A DNA stretch of 8,759 bases from Selaginella moellendorffii. Its lineage: Eukaryota > Plantae > Lycopodiophyta. Position 1 is the first letter of the stretch. Every line of letters begins with the position of its first letter. The stretch is taken from NCBI RefSeq assembly GCF_000143415.4, contig NW_003314270.1, positions 1,029,783-1,038,541 on the forward strand. Direction: 5' to 3'. A program made the position numbers and the translations under genes. This document shows positions 7,234 to 8,759 of this stretch, piece by piece. The notes under the pieces were generated by a model that worked only from the letters and a program-made list of their open reading frames with translations, did no database searches and was not told the origin of the DNA.

Positions 7234-8330
7234 ATGATGATTGACCAAGTTGAACGTTAGTTACCTATTGTCAATGGTGGTGTTGATGATGGTGCCAATG
7301 GAGTTGCGGAGGTTTGAATTATTCAGGATATTGTTCAAGAGTTAATCAAAATCAACAAGAGATGCAAGACGATATGTATGGCATGATGGATACCATGCGT
7401 GAGCATGTTGAGGCACTCAAGGCTGGACATAGTGGCACTCCAAGTAAGCCTTCCTTAGTAGATAGACTCAAGATTCTAACTTTTTTTAGTGATAGTGGTG
7501 TGGATGAGTGTTTTGTTTAACTAGCCAATGTGGAGAAGTTCTTAGTTACTAGAGGAACTCCAAATGCAAAGGCTTTAGTGGCTATTCCAATGGTTTTGTG
7601 AAATATGAGTCTTTAGTGGTGGAATTGGCTTAAGGAGTCTTAATGTTTACCATGAACGAGTTTGAGGTTGCTTTTCACTTATATTTTACCCCTCACTATG
7701 ATGTGGAGAATTCTTATATAGAATTTTGACATTTTCAGCAAGGGAAATTGATGCTCGAGGAATATATTGAGAATTTTATTCACTTGATTAGCTAAGTTCC
7801 AATGAAGGATTTAGATCAAAACAAATCTTACTTCATTGATGGCCTTCAAAGTGAGAGCATATGGCAACACTTTGTCATTCTCAGCTTACAAAGAGTTTAG
7901 AGGAGCTCATTTGATTGCCCTAAAGGCTGAGAGAGGAGGAAGAAGAAAATTTTTGGCACAACATTCAAGAGATTATAGCTCCTCTAAGTGAGTGAAGTGA
8001 GAATGTGTACAAAACAAAACAATCCCTCCATTTAGACCACTTTTGTCCATGCAACAGACCGAGATTGACACAAGCTTTGACTTTTTTATGCAGCTTGTCG
8101 ACTTAACAATGACAAGAACAAATCTTGCAAGCATTTGAGGAGTCCTTTTGTCAAGAATTGTCGTGATGATCACTGTGAACACAAGAATGGGAACAAGCAT
8201 CATAAACTAAAGTCTATAGTGACTACTTTAGATCCAAAGGGGTTAAAGAAGTAAAAGTTTTTTGTGAAGAATTATAAACAAGGTTGTTATCATTGTGGTG
8301 ACTTTGGACAATACAAGGTTAATTGTCCAT
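7234..8330 (+). pseudogene. gag: Second Ty3/Gypsy gag (plus strand) with one CCHC knuckle, disrupted
   Basis: Translation gives DRLKILTFFSDSGVDECFV*LANVEKFL..WWNWL../NEFEVAFHLYF..HFQQGKLMLEEYIENF..YFIDGLQ../SLEELI..ALKAE, then the knuckle CYHCGDFGQYKVNCP at 8285-8329 (H reads Q). Confidence 0.9.
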
Positions 8331-8419
8331 AGTTGAAGAGTAAGTAGCAGGGTAAAAAGAATGGCTAATCTTTTACTGATGGTAAGTTTAATACTAAAAA
8401 GGTGCAAATTTTACAGCGT

Positions 8420-8545
8420 GAGGATGATGGGGATGAGGCTGGGTAGTTTTTGAGTTAAGCTCAAGTCAATAAAAGTCAATATAGTCCACCAAATACAAAA
8501 GTTGATGTTTAAATGATTGGTTCGGGATGAACCAACAATTTTATT
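8420..8545 (+). pseudogene. pol: Aspartic protease N-terminal fragment of the plus-strand Gypsy element
   Basis: KVDV*MIGSG*TNNFI (motif at 8513-8545) corresponds to IDSGxTxNFI with the catalytic D read as G. I could not follow homology beyond ~8545. Confidence 0.7.
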
Positions 8546-8759
8546 CAAAACTTAAGACATATTTTCAGTCCAAGAAAAAGCTAAATAATATAAGTCTAAT
8601 AAGAAAATAAATATCATAAGTCAAAGAAGATACTCTATATTACCACTGAAAATTTTGACTAAAAAAAGTCTTCTTCGGCATCCACATCCACAATAGGAGT
8701 TTATATAGTATTATGCTCTCTAATTGTGGACTCTTGTTGTATATGAGCTTGTGCCATGC

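Noticed and set aside
7973-8203. Minus-strand 76-aa ORF
   Set aside because: Antisense to the gag linker, with no motif support.
8546-8759. Minus-strand peptide ending VDVDAEEDFF*, possibly the end of another element's ORF
   Set aside because: Too short, interrupted by a stop and cut by the window edge, so it cannot be assigned.

Overview
This AT-rich eukaryotic (plant-like) window contains no intact host gene. It is a nest of decayed LTR retrotransposons with two N-gaps (1969-2141 and 3720-4270), read here by manual translation through stops and frameshifts. (1) A minus-strand Ty3/Gypsy non-chromovirus-like element at ~2775-444 has gag capsid, two CCHC knuckles, a DGG protease and RT. (2) About 100 bp upstream of that gag ATG, on the same strand, lies an extra reading frame (3616-2873) made of a 124-aa unknown N-terminal region in frame with an archaeal/cellular-type RNase HI (aRH) domain. 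The ORF track misses this domain, and its position 5' of gag rather than inside pol is the most unusual feature here. (3) A plus-strand Ty1/Copia RT fragment lies at ~4749-5170. (4) A different, minus-strand Copia (RT, RNase H, doubled PPT, short 3' LTR; ~7000-5171) carries a 151-bp insertion in its RNase H. (5) A plus-strand Gypsy gag-knuckle-protease fragment lies at ~7234-8545. All family calls come from motif recognition, not database searches.
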